Virus record (IMG/VR): IMGVR_UViG_3300006853_000015
Reading direction: 5' to 3' (one strand)
DNA from: a virus
DNA: 64,000 nucleotides
Below the pieces are notes generated by a model. It saw only the letters and a program-made list of their open reading frames with translations, had not been told where the DNA came from and did not search any database. Position numbers and translations under genes: made by a program. Positions 34,553-42,985 of the stretch are shown here, in pieces (positions within the stretch are counted from its first letter, which is position 1; the number at the start of each line of letters is the position of its first letter).

Positions 34553-34995
34553 TATTGGAACAGCCCCGCGATAAGGCGGAATAGATCGCGCTCTCCGCCG
34601 CGAGAACCGGAAGCCGCGTCGCTTCGTTTCAGCGTAAGGGTGAATTCGATCATGCGGCCCCGCCCCTTGTAATCAAGGAATTGGGCCGTCTCTTCCACAG
34701 TCTCACACACATAGAAGCCCAACGCCTTGCCATCGCCCCGCATCAGGGGGAAGGCTTTGCCGCTAGATTGCTGTCCATAGAACACTTCCATAGAGCCGCC
34801 CCAATTGATAGGGAAGAGCCGCCCTTTCATCGTAACCGTATCGGCCCCGGCCCCAACGAATTCCAGCGGGGGACGGCGGCCGATAACCGGCTTCTCCACG
34901 AAGGTGGATGCGCTATTGCGCCCCACTTCGTGGGTATTGATGGGCCACACCTCAAAGGTGATGGACCCGTATTGATAGAGCATGCCTTTGGCCAT
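34552..34995 (-). CDS. P2 gpU-like tail tube initiator
   Basis: LYQYGSITF...PLEFVG.G.DTVTMKG.LFP...LMRGDG.ALG.YV...V.E...FTLTLKR. Confidence 0.88.
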   Translation of the reverse strand: MAKGMLYQYGSITFEVWPINTHEVGRNSASTFVEKPVIGRRPPLEFVGAGADTVTMKGRLFPINWGGSMEVFYGQQSSGKAFPLMRGDGKALGFYVCETVEETAQFLDYKGRGRMIEFTLTLKRSDAASGSRGGERDLFRLIAGLFQ

Positions 34996-35003
34996 GCGAT
35001 CAC

Positions 35004-37262
35004 CTATGCGATTTTGGTCATGCCCACATCGAACTGTGACCCGCGCATAACAGAACGGGCCATGCGCTCAAGCCCTTCTTCCACGGCACGCTTCACGGCA
35101 GGCGGGTCCATCTGGCCGTAAAAGTTCATGGCCACTTGGTTGGAATTGCTTATGGTGTTGCCACCACGCCCGCCGCCCCGGCCCCGGTTGGGCAGGATGC
35201 GCCCGGCCGTGCCAGGAACGAAAAGCTCCGGCCCGCTTTCACCAACCATATAAGGCTGACGCGATGCAACCCCACCACCTCTCGCCTTTCCGGGGTCAGA
35301 TTGCGGAATGCCGCCCGCGCCATAGGTTACGCCGTAACCAGAATTGCCCTTACCCGCGCCAGATGCCGCCGCGCTTGCTGCCGCCCTGATAGCTCCGGCC
35401 GCCGCCCGAGCCGCTCCGGCCACGCGGTTAAACGCACTAATAGCAGCCTCAACTCCACCCAAGGCGAAGTTGATGCCCGCCGCTGCAATCGCGCCAAGCT
35501 GTTGCAATGCGCTTACACACTGTTGCGCGGTTGGCGCAAGGTTGCCAATGGCACTCGCCGCCGAAGACGCCGCGCTTCCAATGGCACTAAGCGTGCTTGC
35601 CGCCTCGGGTGAAAGGCCGCCGCTAAAGCCCTGCTTAAACGCCTCCCAACCACGGGCAACGGTGCTAAAGTCCATCGTGGCCAGCGCCAGAAGCGCGCCG
35701 GGAATGGTGAAGCTACGCAGTAGAGATAATGCCCCGCCAAGGATGCGGAAGGCCGAAGCCGCGCGAAGCACACCAGCGGAGCGCGCGGCCAGAAGGCCCG
35801 CGCCTACGCCCAAACCAGCAAGGCCACCTACCCGCGCCATACCGGCCACAGCAGCACCAGCGCCCGCCGCAGTGCGCATTGCGGCCCCAAGCATGGCGAA
35901 CGGCTTCGCGGCCCGTAGGGCGAAACCGGCCAGCGATAGAAGGCCCATCTTCATGGCCCCGCCCAACAGCTTGCGGCCAAAGTGCGCAAGGGGCAGGGCC
36001 ACAAGCGTGGCCCCAAGCCCGGCAATCCCGCGAATAGCGTTGGGGCTTTTATCGGCAAGGTTCTCTATCGCGTTTAGAGCGCCGGTTAGTATTCCGGTTC
36101 CGCGTTTCAGGTCGCCGTCCAGCGCGCCGGTTACGCTCTCGGCCATGCGTTCCCACGCGCTCTTGTTCTCGTCCAGCTTACCGGAAAGGCTTCCCAGCTT
36201 CGTGTTCAAGTCGCGGTCTATAACGCCGCTTGCGCCTTTAGCAAGTTTGATGAATTCCTGCATCTCAGGATTGAACAGCATGAGAGCGCGCGCGGCGTTC
36301 TGTGCCTGCATATCCTGGAAGACATCGCCAACCTTGGAGATATCCCCCTTCGTGGCTTTCATAATCGACCTATGCAGAACGTCGAATATGTTTTCGCCCT
36401 TGGCTTGGCCTTCTTTCAATTCCTTGCGGATATCAACGCCAAGCTTTTTGAACTTCTTACGGGTCTCCGCGCTATCGGCCTTTGTAAGAAGGTTGTAAAC
36501 GTCGTTCGCGGCTTCATCAGGCGTGCCCGATGTTTTGGCCGCAATCTGCATCATCGAGTTAAGTTCACCAACGGCCTTGGCCCCGGTGAAGCCACGCGCT
36601 TGCATAATCGCGAAGCTCTTCGAAGCTTCCTTGGCAAAGTTCTTAATTTCGAACTGGCCAGTCTTGCTCTTCTCGGAAATCTCGTCCAACAGGCTTGGTA
36701 TGGAATTATCGGGCACCTTCATATTTTGGGCCATGCTGCGAACTAAGTTCGTGCTGTCCTCAATATCGATGCCCTCGTATGTGCGCGCCAGCTTTGCCGC
36801 GCTGCGCACAGCCTCCGGGTTATCAAGCGGGTCAAGGCCCTTGCCGATTGCCGTATCTACACCACGGCCAACCGTCTCAAAGGATTGCCGCACATCGCGG
36901 GCAATATCCTTGATTAGGGTTTTGGCCCGTTCCATGGTTTCAGGCGTGGCGTTAAGCTTTTGCTGAATACCAACGAGCTGGCGATCAAACTGGACGCCCT
37001 GTTTCACAAGGGCGTAGGTGGCAAAGCCAAGGGCACCCGCTGCCGTGGCCGCGCCCATGAACTTGTTTTTGGTATCGGCCAAACTGTGCGCAAGCGCCTG
37101 TTGCGCGCCAGCTACCGCTAGTTGCTGCTTTGCTATGGCACCAACGGCCCCGCCACGCGCGGCCTGTGCCTGTAGTGCGGCCAGGGCGGCTCCCGCCTTT
37201 TTGGCGGGGCCGCTAACCTGATCAAGTAACCGGACAATAAGTTGGGATACTGCGTCAGCCAT
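35004..37262 (-). CDS. Tail tape measure protein
   Basis: 752-aa Ala/Gly-rich protein after the tail chaperones; C-terminal GGGVASRQPYMVGESGPELFVP. Confidence 0.9.
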   Translation of the reverse strand: MADAVSQLIVRLLDQVSGPAKKAGAALAALQAQAARGGAVGAIAKQQLAVAGAQQALAHSLADTKNKFMGAATAAGALGFATYALVKQGVQFDRQLVGIQQKLNATPETMERAKTLIKDIARDVRQSFETVGRGVDTAIGKGLDPLDNPEAVRSAAKLARTYEGIDIEDSTNLVRSMAQNMKVPDNSIPSLLDEISEKSKTGQFEIKNFAKEASKSFAIMQARGFTGAKAVGELNSMMQIAAKTSGTPDEAANDVYNLLTKADSAETRKKFKKLGVDIRKELKEGQAKGENIFDVLHRSIMKATKGDISKVGDVFQDMQAQNAARALMLFNPEMQEFIKLAKGASGVIDRDLNTKLGSLSGKLDENKSAWERMAESVTGALDGDLKRGTGILTGALNAIENLADKSPNAIRGIAGLGATLVALPLAHFGRKLLGGAMKMGLLSLAGFALRAAKPFAMLGAAMRTAAGAGAAVAGMARVGGLAGLGVGAGLLAARSAGVLRAASAFRILGGALSLLRSFTIPGALLALATMDFSTVARGWEAFKQGFSGGLSPEAASTLSAIGSAASSAASAIGNLAPTAQQCVSALQQLGAIAAAGINFALGGVEAAISAFNRVAGAARAAAGAIRAAASAAASGAGKGNSGYGVTYGAGGIPQSDPGKARGGGVASRQPYMVGESGPELFVPGTAGRILPNRGRGGGRGGNTISNSNQVAMNFYGQMDPPAVKRAVEEGLERMARSVMRGSQFDVGMTKIA

Positions 37263-37461
37263 CTTCTTCTATCTCCGGCTCTTCTTCTATGTCTTCTTCC
37301 ATGGATTGAGATTTAACAATCCGCACAACTTCTATATGCCAATCGCAAAGCTCTTCGTAATCCATGGCCTTTAGTTCGGAGAGTGGCACATGCAGCACGT
37401 GCGCCACTTCGGCCATAAGCCGCCTTACTCTGTTCCCTCCGAAGGGGGTTTGGGAAAAAAA
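37255..37461 (-). CDS. gpE'-like tail chaperone extension reached by -1 frameshift
   Basis: -1 frame after GAT TTT TTT CCC: ...LMAEVAHVLHVPLSELKAMDYEELCDWH, which resembles the P2 gpE' domain. Confidence 0.75.
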   Translation of the reverse strand, partial: FFSQTPFGGNRVRRLMAEVAHVLHVPLSELKAMDYEELCDWHIEVVRIVKSQSMEEDIEEEPEIEEDG

Positions 37462-37700
37462 TCTGCGGCCTTCTCGTCGGCCTTGATCAGGTCTTGCACA
37501 TCCATCTTGCGCACGCACCCAACGGTAAGGCCAGACAGGGCGGCCACAAGCACAATCTGTGAAGCAACCCGGCCCTTGTCCGTGGTGTCGCGCTCGATGC
37601 GCTCCAGCACGCCAGCGTTTGGACGCTTAAGGGTAATCTCGGAAATCGTCTTGCCCTCCCACTCATAGGGGTACGCAAGCTCGAATACGATATCAGACAT
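37425..37700 (-). CDS. Tail assembly chaperone (gpE/gp41-like)
   Basis: FEL.YP..WEG.TISEITLKRP...LSGL....V.KMD..D....ADFF. Confidence 0.85.
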   Translation of the reverse strand: MSDIVFELAYPYEWEGKTISEITLKRPNAGVLERIERDTTDKGRVASQIVLVAALSGLTVGCVRKMDVQDLIKADEKAADFFPKPPSEGTE

Positions 37701-37743
37701 TCGACGGACTTTCTTTCAGGGGGATATATGGGGAAGAAAACAC

Positions 37744-37930
37744 GGCCCCGCCCGGTATGTCAGCGGACGGGGCCATGCTACCGGGCACGCAATCAGGAGG
37801 CGAATTGCGCTGCGCGTTAGACGCGCTAGCCACGGTATCAGAAAGCGGGAATGCAAGAAACGCACCCTATGACCAAGGGGTGCGCAACACCATTCCCGCC
37901 CCGCATGGTAGGCTTCTAGCGCGCCAGCGC
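37744..37930. other. Highly structured intergenic region between tail tube and chaperone genes
   Basis: Terminator-like GGCCCCG(T/C)CC..GG(G/A)CGGGGCC at ~37744-37775, plus nested stems GCGCTAG/CTAGCGC, GCGGGAATG/CATTCCCGC and CGCACCC/GGGTGCG at ~37820-37925. Confidence 0.55.
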
Positions 37931-37937
37931 CACGCTA

Positions 37938-38480
37938 TTAGCCAGCGGTATTGGGAATGTGCAGAATACGGTTCTGGTCGGCGTACTGGTCAACGCCGTT
38001 CACGCGCCACGTATTGGTGAAGAAATCCCAATACTGTTTCTCCTCGCCGTCTTCGAACATCTCGTAATGCGTGATTTCCGAGATTTCATAGTCGATGCCG
38101 GGAAGTTCACCGCGCTTGAAAGCCTCCTTCTCCACCTTGGAAAGACGGCCTTCCATCTTGTACTTCAGCTCGATATGCTGGCCGGTGCGCTTGTCCTGCT
38201 CAACCGCATAGGCGGTATACATGCGCTTGGCCGGGGTATTCAGGCCGAACTGCATAAGCAGCGGCACGTCCATGCCGGTCAGCTTGAACTTCGCTTCGAG
38301 AGCTTCGCCGCCTACGGCCATCTTGATTGCGAAGTAGGAGCCACCCGCGTGGTGGTCCTGTTTCATCTCTTCCAGGGTAGGCGGAACGAATTCCACAATG
38401 GACAGGTGCTTGCTGTCCGTGGGGTCTGCATCGCCGCAAAACAGGTTTGCGGCCTGTACAACGCGCAAAGTAGCGGGCAT
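37938..38480 (-). CDS. Major tail tube protein (P2 FII-like)
   Basis: Follows the sheath; EFVPPTLEE....HAGG...EALEAKFKL.G...GRL.KVE...FKRGE...YE...I..Y...GVDQYA. Confidence 0.88.
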   Translation of the reverse strand: MPATLRVVQAANLFCGDADPTDSKHLSIVEFVPPTLEEMKQDHHAGGSYFAIKMAVGGEALEAKFKLTGMDVPLLMQFGLNTPAKRMYTAYAVEQDKRTGQHIELKYKMEGRLSKVEKEAFKRGELPGIDYEISEITHYEMFEDGEEKQYWDFFTNTWRVNGVDQYADQNRILHIPNTAG

Positions 38481-38495
38481 ATAGGTCTCCGGATT

Positions 38496-38525
38496 AAAAG
38501 ATGGGGGAGCCGCTAGGGCTCCCCA
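38496..38525 (-). terminator. Hairpin with U-tract between sheath and tube
   Basis: GGGGAGC-loop-GCTCCCC followed by TCTTTT on the minus strand. Confidence 0.45.
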
Positions 38526-38550
38526 CTAGATTGCCAATAGCCTGCCGCTG

Positions 38551-40284
38551 TTAGACTTCAAGCTGCGACAGAAGATCGTCCAGCAGGAATTCCAGCGCGC
38601 GCTCGTACCGCTGGGAGCGGATGCCGATATAGCGCAGGACCGGCGCTTCTTCCGCCGCGAAGTCCACGGTGAACTTGCCAAGCCGCAGTTGATCGGGGCT
38701 GTTCTGATCGCGCCGGAAGCCGACCTTGAAGCCCAAGATATCCCCATCGGCCTGCAAGTTGCGCAAGGCAATGGTCATCGTGGACAGGATGCTTTCGATG
38801 GTCTGGGCCGTGATATTGAACCGGCCAAGGTAGAAACGAAGCGTCTTCAGGAACAGCAGATGGATGTAATCCCGCCCGCGCGTGACGTTGTAGAACGTCC
38901 ACAGGGGGTCTTCGGAACACGTATCCGTGCCCACGTAAACGAAGCCGCCCGATGCGATGGCCGTTTCAACGCCCATCTGGCCGCGCAAGATAACGCCGCC
39001 GTTCTGCGACAGTATCTGCTGACCTTCCGTTGCGCCGTCCGTAAGCGAGAACTCGATATTGCGGTTTGGCCCCACGATGCCCTGGACCGGCTGATTTGCC
39101 CACGAGTGGAATGGCCGTCCCTGGAATTCGTGGTCACGGCGCACGCCGATGCCAATGATACGCGGGGCCGCATCTTCCGTAAGGATCAGCTCGCCGCGCT
39201 GCACCTTCGCGCCGGAAGCCAGCGGGATGATGCGCCGAGACTGGATCGTCTCGCGCCAATTGGTGAACGCAACCAAGCTGTCGCTGGGTCCGCTAAACAC
39301 GGCATGCGCCAGAAGGGTATCGAGAACAGACGGGGCCTCGGCCACAAGGCCGTTGGCCAGCGTGTCCACGATGCCCGTTGCCGCCGCCGAAGAGCCGCCG
39401 CCGCCCGTGATCGCAACCGAAGGAGCCACGCTGTAGCCCTGGCCGGGGTTTGTAACCACGATGCGGTCAACGGTTGTGGAAGTGAGAACGGCCGTTGCCG
39501 AAGCCGGATCACCCGCGAAGCCCGGCTGTGTGATGGTAAGCGTTGGCACGTCGGTGTAACCTTCGCCGCCGTCTTCCACCGTAATGGCCGTGATAACGCC
39601 GTCCACAACGGTTGCGGAGAACACGGCATGGACGCCGCCCGCCGCAAGGTCGCCGCCGCTGGGCGTGATCACCAGCTCATCGCTGTCGTAGCCGGTTCCG
39701 CCGTCCACAACGGTAACGCTGGCCACGGTTGTGGGGAACAGCTTCGCAATGGCCGTGGCGTTCACGGTAACACCAGCGCCGCCGCCCGTAATGCCAACCG
39801 ATGGCCGCGTCTCGTAAGACGTACCGTGATTGGTGATATCGATGGAAGCAACGCCGCTGATAACCTGATGCGTATATTCCGGGGCCGTGATCAGACGCGG
39901 GATCACGCCCAAGGCTTCGCCAGCTTTCTTGAAAGCGTGGATGCCTGTCTTGGACGAAGCGTTTCCAATCATATTGGAAATCACGGTCATCGGCGTAGCG
40001 CTATGCGTGACGCGAACGATCACGATGCGCGCCGCAACCTGGAATTCTCCAAGCTGGTCGTTGATGCCGTCGATTGCCTTGAAAGCCGTTCCCAGCTCGC
40101 CAAGATCGGTCAACAGCGTGGTATCATCGCTGAAGACTTCCACGGGCTCATCGATGGGAAAGCGGGATGCGTTGGCGTTCTGCGCGGTGCAGAGCAAGCC
40201 AACGATTGCCATATCCGAGCCAACTGCGGGGCGCGGATCATCGTTGACTTGCGTAATAGCAATGCCGAAAATCGGATCACTCAA
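38551..40284 (-). CDS. Contractile tail sheath protein with inserted beta-rich repeats
   Basis: TAIVGL.CTA..A...FP.DEPV, GIHAF..A...G.IPRLI.AP, GRPFHSWANQ, G.FTVDF.AE..P; four (I/V)x(I/V)TxxGxGY repeats. Confidence 0.92.
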   Translation of the reverse strand: MSDPIFGIAITQVNDDPRPAVGSDMAIVGLLCTAQNANASRFPIDEPVEVFSDDTTLLTDLGELGTAFKAIDGINDQLGEFQVAARIVIVRVTHSATPMTVISNMIGNASSKTGIHAFKKAGEALGVIPRLITAPEYTHQVISGVASIDITNHGTSYETRPSVGITGGGAGVTVNATAIAKLFPTTVASVTVVDGGTGYDSDELVITPSGGDLAAGGVHAVFSATVVDGVITAITVEDGGEGYTDVPTLTITQPGFAGDPASATAVLTSTTVDRIVVTNPGQGYSVAPSVAITGGGGSSAAATGIVDTLANGLVAEAPSVLDTLLAHAVFSGPSDSLVAFTNWRETIQSRRIIPLASGAKVQRGELILTEDAAPRIIGIGVRRDHEFQGRPFHSWANQPVQGIVGPNRNIEFSLTDGATEGQQILSQNGGVILRGQMGVETAIASGGFVYVGTDTCSEDPLWTFYNVTRGRDYIHLLFLKTLRFYLGRFNITAQTIESILSTMTIALRNLQADGDILGFKVGFRRDQNSPDQLRLGKFTVDFAAEEAPVLRYIGIRSQRYERALEFLLDDLLSQLEV

Positions 40285-40313
40285 GGGGGATACCCTCCGT
40301 TATAGGGTCTGAG

Positions 40314-40410
40314 AAGCCGCAGGAGGCCACAGGAGCCGCATAACGGCTCCCTTGGCTACGCGCGTACCTGAAAAGAGAAACCCGGCTGTACGGGGCTCCT
40401 GTGGCGCTTA
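40314..40410 (+). repeat. Dispersed ~100-bp palindromic element, copy C
   Basis: 12-bp perfect arms GCCACAGGAGCC / GGCTCCTGTGGC; core GGCTA-CGCGC-GTACCT at 40354-40369. Confidence 0.75.
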
Positions 40411-40632
40411 CGCGCCGTCGCCCTCTTTGGGCGGGGTTGCGCTATCGGCTTCCAGCCAAGCGCGAACGCTGGCTGGAAGCGGCAGCAGCAGAAGGCCCCA
40501 CTTCACCGTAGCGCCAAGGCTTGTCCAGAGCGCGGTGAAAGTCGGGGGATTTCGCAGATTGGCCATAAGCCAACCAAGCACGGCGTAGAGCCCGGCTTTC
40601 AGGTCGGGCAGAAGTGCAATCAAGGTTTCCAT
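40408..40632 (-). CDS. Small membrane protein (holin-like candidate)
   Basis: 74 aa with two hydrophobic segments; function not established. Confidence 0.45.
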   Translation of the reverse strand: METLIALLPDLKAGLYAVLGWLMANLRNPPTFTALWTSLGATVKWGLLLLPLPASVRAWLEADSATPPKEGDGA

Positions 40633-40644
40633 GGGAATGGCGCC

Positions 40645-41109
40645 TTAGTTATTGATCGCCATGGCTTGGAGCCATAGCGCGTCAATCTGTTCTGTTGTGA
40701 ACCCCATAACCGCGCCTACCATTTCGATAAGCGGGTGATGCCGTTCGAACTGAGAAGCATATTCCCAGCTTGTTAGGGCAATCTCGCGTTGCATGGGGTC
40801 TGGGATGGTTTCGATGGCTGCAACCACTTGGGCCGGGGTAAACCCGGCCCCGAGAAGAACAAGCCTCATTTGCAGCGGGTAAAGCGGAACAAGCTTTGTC
40901 TCAGGTACATAGGCCGCAGCGCTTGCCCTCATTTCGGCGTCACGTTCAGGCGTGGTTACAAGGTGGTAAACCACGCCCTCTATGGTTTTGCGCTCCACAA
41001 GGCCGCCGCCAGCAATGAACGCGGCGGCTTGATTGGGGTTTAGCTTAACTATCGCGTTGCCCGGTGTTTGGCGATACAGGTCCATTCTCTTTACCACACC
41101 CTTCGCCAT
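40645..41109 (-). CDS. Tail fibre-associated / assembly chaperone protein
   Basis: Follows the fibre gene; Q.RLVL...V.AAIE.IPD..QREIA...WEYA..F.R.HPLI...G..EQIDALW.QA. Confidence 0.65.
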   Translation of the reverse strand: MAKGVVKRMDLYRQTPGNAIVKLNPNQAAAFIAGGGLVERKTIEGVVYHLVTTPERDAEMRASAAAYVPETKLVPLYPLQMRLVLLGAGFTPAQVVAAIETIPDPMQREIALTSWEYASQFERHHPLIEMVGAVMGFTTEQIDALWLQAMAINN

Positions 41110-42710
41110 TGCAGATAAGACCCCCTGCGTCTGATTGTAGCCGTGCCGCTTGGTGAAGCCTGACACCACCTTACGGTAAAATTACCCGGTGATGCGGCCC
41201 CGGATATTTCAACCGTCCCCTTAATAATCCCAATACCGTTGCCAGTTAGGCCGAAGCCAGTATTGTATGCAGAAACATCTATAACCGTATTCGCGGTATT
41301 GTCTTTAACAAGGCCGCCGCCCACCCCGGAATTAAATCCGCTGTGTATGGAGTAATGGAAGGCAACCTGCGCCGGACCGTTAATGGAGAGGTTTCCTGGC
41401 TGTCCGGCCAGCCAAACGATGGCCTCGAAAGCATACGCCCGGCCTGGATAGGCCGGGAAGTAAAGTTCCGTATCATCGTTGAGAGTTGCGTCGTTGGTTA
41501 GGCTAACGTCGGCTGTGGCTTGCCTGAAATTCCAACTATTCTGACGCCCAACAATAAGCCATCTGTTTACTGAGCCGCCGATATATTCCAGGTCAACGCA
41601 TTCTCCAGGCTGTAGAATATACTCCTTCTCGCTGAATGAACCTGGGACGATTATGCGGTTGCTTGCGCTTGACCCGGTGTTCTCATGCATCAACAGGAAC
41701 GTTGACAGCCCAGAGCTTCCGTTAACAATGCGCTTCCGGTTGCCGCCTGTGGTTGGGGCCGCAAAGCCGGTTATGTTGTGGTCTGTAGAGCCGCCGTTTA
41801 TAACGATGGTGCTTTCCGTTGTCCACCCGGTAGGCGCGTAATCGTGGTTATCGGATGCGGAAATCGTGGCCGTATTCTGCCCCGCCGTATAGGCCGGAAC
41901 GGTAATAAGCCCCGTGAACGTAGGGTTGTTGATCGGGGCCTTTGTGGCAATCGCCGCGATGGCCGAAGCCAAGTCAACAGCAGCGGCTTTGTCAGCAAGG
42001 GCAGTTGTAAGCCCCGTGATATCGCTCTGTGCGTGGGAATGCACAGAAGCCGCCTTACCGGCCAGCGCGGCGGTTGTGGCTGCTATGTGCGCAACGAGAT
42101 CGCCGTTGATTTCCTCAAGCGCCTCTTGCACATCTTCAGCGTCAAGGCCGTCGATTGGCGTAATGCCAATCTGCGAAGCGCCTTCCGCCTCGCCAACCTG
42201 TCCCTGCGGCCCGCGCGGGCCGGACATGGAAACGCGCCAATCTGCAACCGTACCAGCGCCGCCCGTGAACGATACGTCCAGGGTTAGCTCGCCGGTGTCT
42301 GGATCATATTCAACCGTGCGGCCGAACATGAACTTGGTGGGGTCATCGGTCTTCTGGGCATAGACAAACGCGCCGCTGATAAAAGAATTGCGCTCGCCTT
42401 CTTCGATCACAAAGACCTTTGTGCCCGTGCCGATGGCAAGGGATGTTACAGAACCGGCCCCGAAGGTTTCCAAGATGCCTTGGAGACGGTCAAGCGCTTC
42501 GACAATAATCGGCGTAAGCCCGTTATCCAACCTATCAAGGCCAAGCTGGGTGATGTTCTCACCCACCTTGCTAAGGTCCATAAGGGCCGTCTCATTGGCG
42601 TGGATACGGATGTCCAAATCTTCGAGACGGAAATTCCAGTAAACTGGATCGCCAAGATTATGCCGACGCTTCACTTCGTAAAGTGGAAAACGCCGCGTCA
42701 TCCGTTTCAC
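41091..42710 (-). CDS. Tail fibre / receptor-binding protein
   Basis: Short collagen-like GPRGPQGQVG, HSHAQSDITGL.TALA.KA and KAPINNPTFTG fibre motifs, beta-rich C-terminal domain. Confidence 0.8.
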   Translation of the reverse strand: MKRMTRRFPLYEVKRRHNLGDPVYWNFRLEDLDIRIHANETALMDLSKVGENITQLGLDRLDNGLTPIIVEALDRLQGILETFGAGSVTSLAIGTGTKVFVIEEGERNSFISGAFVYAQKTDDPTKFMFGRTVEYDPDTGELTLDVSFTGGAGTVADWRVSMSGPRGPQGQVGEAEGASQIGITPIDGLDAEDVQEALEEINGDLVAHIAATTAALAGKAASVHSHAQSDITGLTTALADKAAAVDLASAIAAIATKAPINNPTFTGLITVPAYTAGQNTATISASDNHDYAPTGWTTESTIVINGGSTDHNITGFAAPTTGGNRKRIVNGSSGLSTFLLMHENTGSSASNRIIVPGSFSEKEYILQPGECVDLEYIGGSVNRWLIVGRQNSWNFRQATADVSLTNDATLNDDTELYFPAYPGRAYAFEAIVWLAGQPGNLSINGPAQVAFHYSIHSGFNSGVGGGLVKDNTANTVIDVSAYNTGFGLTGNGIGIIKGTVEISGAASPGNFTVRWCQASPSGTATIRRRGSYLQWRRVW

Positions 42711-42934
42711 CCCTCCTTTCTGGCTACGCCGAGAACCTTGACCGCAGTCTGGTGCTTCAGAACTATATCGCCGCGCAACCTTACGTTAACATGGCGAGGA
42801 AGAAGCTTGAGACCGCCAGCGTCGAAGGGGCGAAGAACTTCCACGTTATAGGTTTCTTCCGGCTTCACGGTAACGGCCTGCGGCTCACCCGCCTTTACGT
42901 TCTTTCGAGACATTATGAATTCCCTTTCACACAA
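42707..42934 (-). CDS. Hypothetical virion-module protein
   Basis: 75-aa ORF overlapping the fibre start. Confidence 0.55.
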   Translation of the reverse strand: MCEREFIMSRKNVKAGEPQAVTVKPEETYNVEVLRPFDAGGLKLLPRHVNVRLRGDIVLKHQTAVKVLGVARKEG

Positions 42935-42964
42935 GAAAAGAGGGGCACCGTTAAGGGTGCCCCT
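42933..42964 (-). terminator. Rho-independent terminator
   Basis: Minus strand AGGGGCACC-loop-GGTGCCCCT followed by CTTTTCTTG. Confidence 0.65.
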
Positions 42965-42985
42965 TTCGCGGGATAAGCTGCCCTA

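Noticed and set aside
38689-40305. Long plus-strand ORFs opposite structural genes (also 50485..51624, 46586..47662, 35344..36498, 62218..63132) and minus-strand ORFs opposite early genes (15028..15981, 19089..20177)
   Set aside because: These are antisense shadows of well-supported genes in GC-rich DNA. They have no recognisable motifs or RBS.
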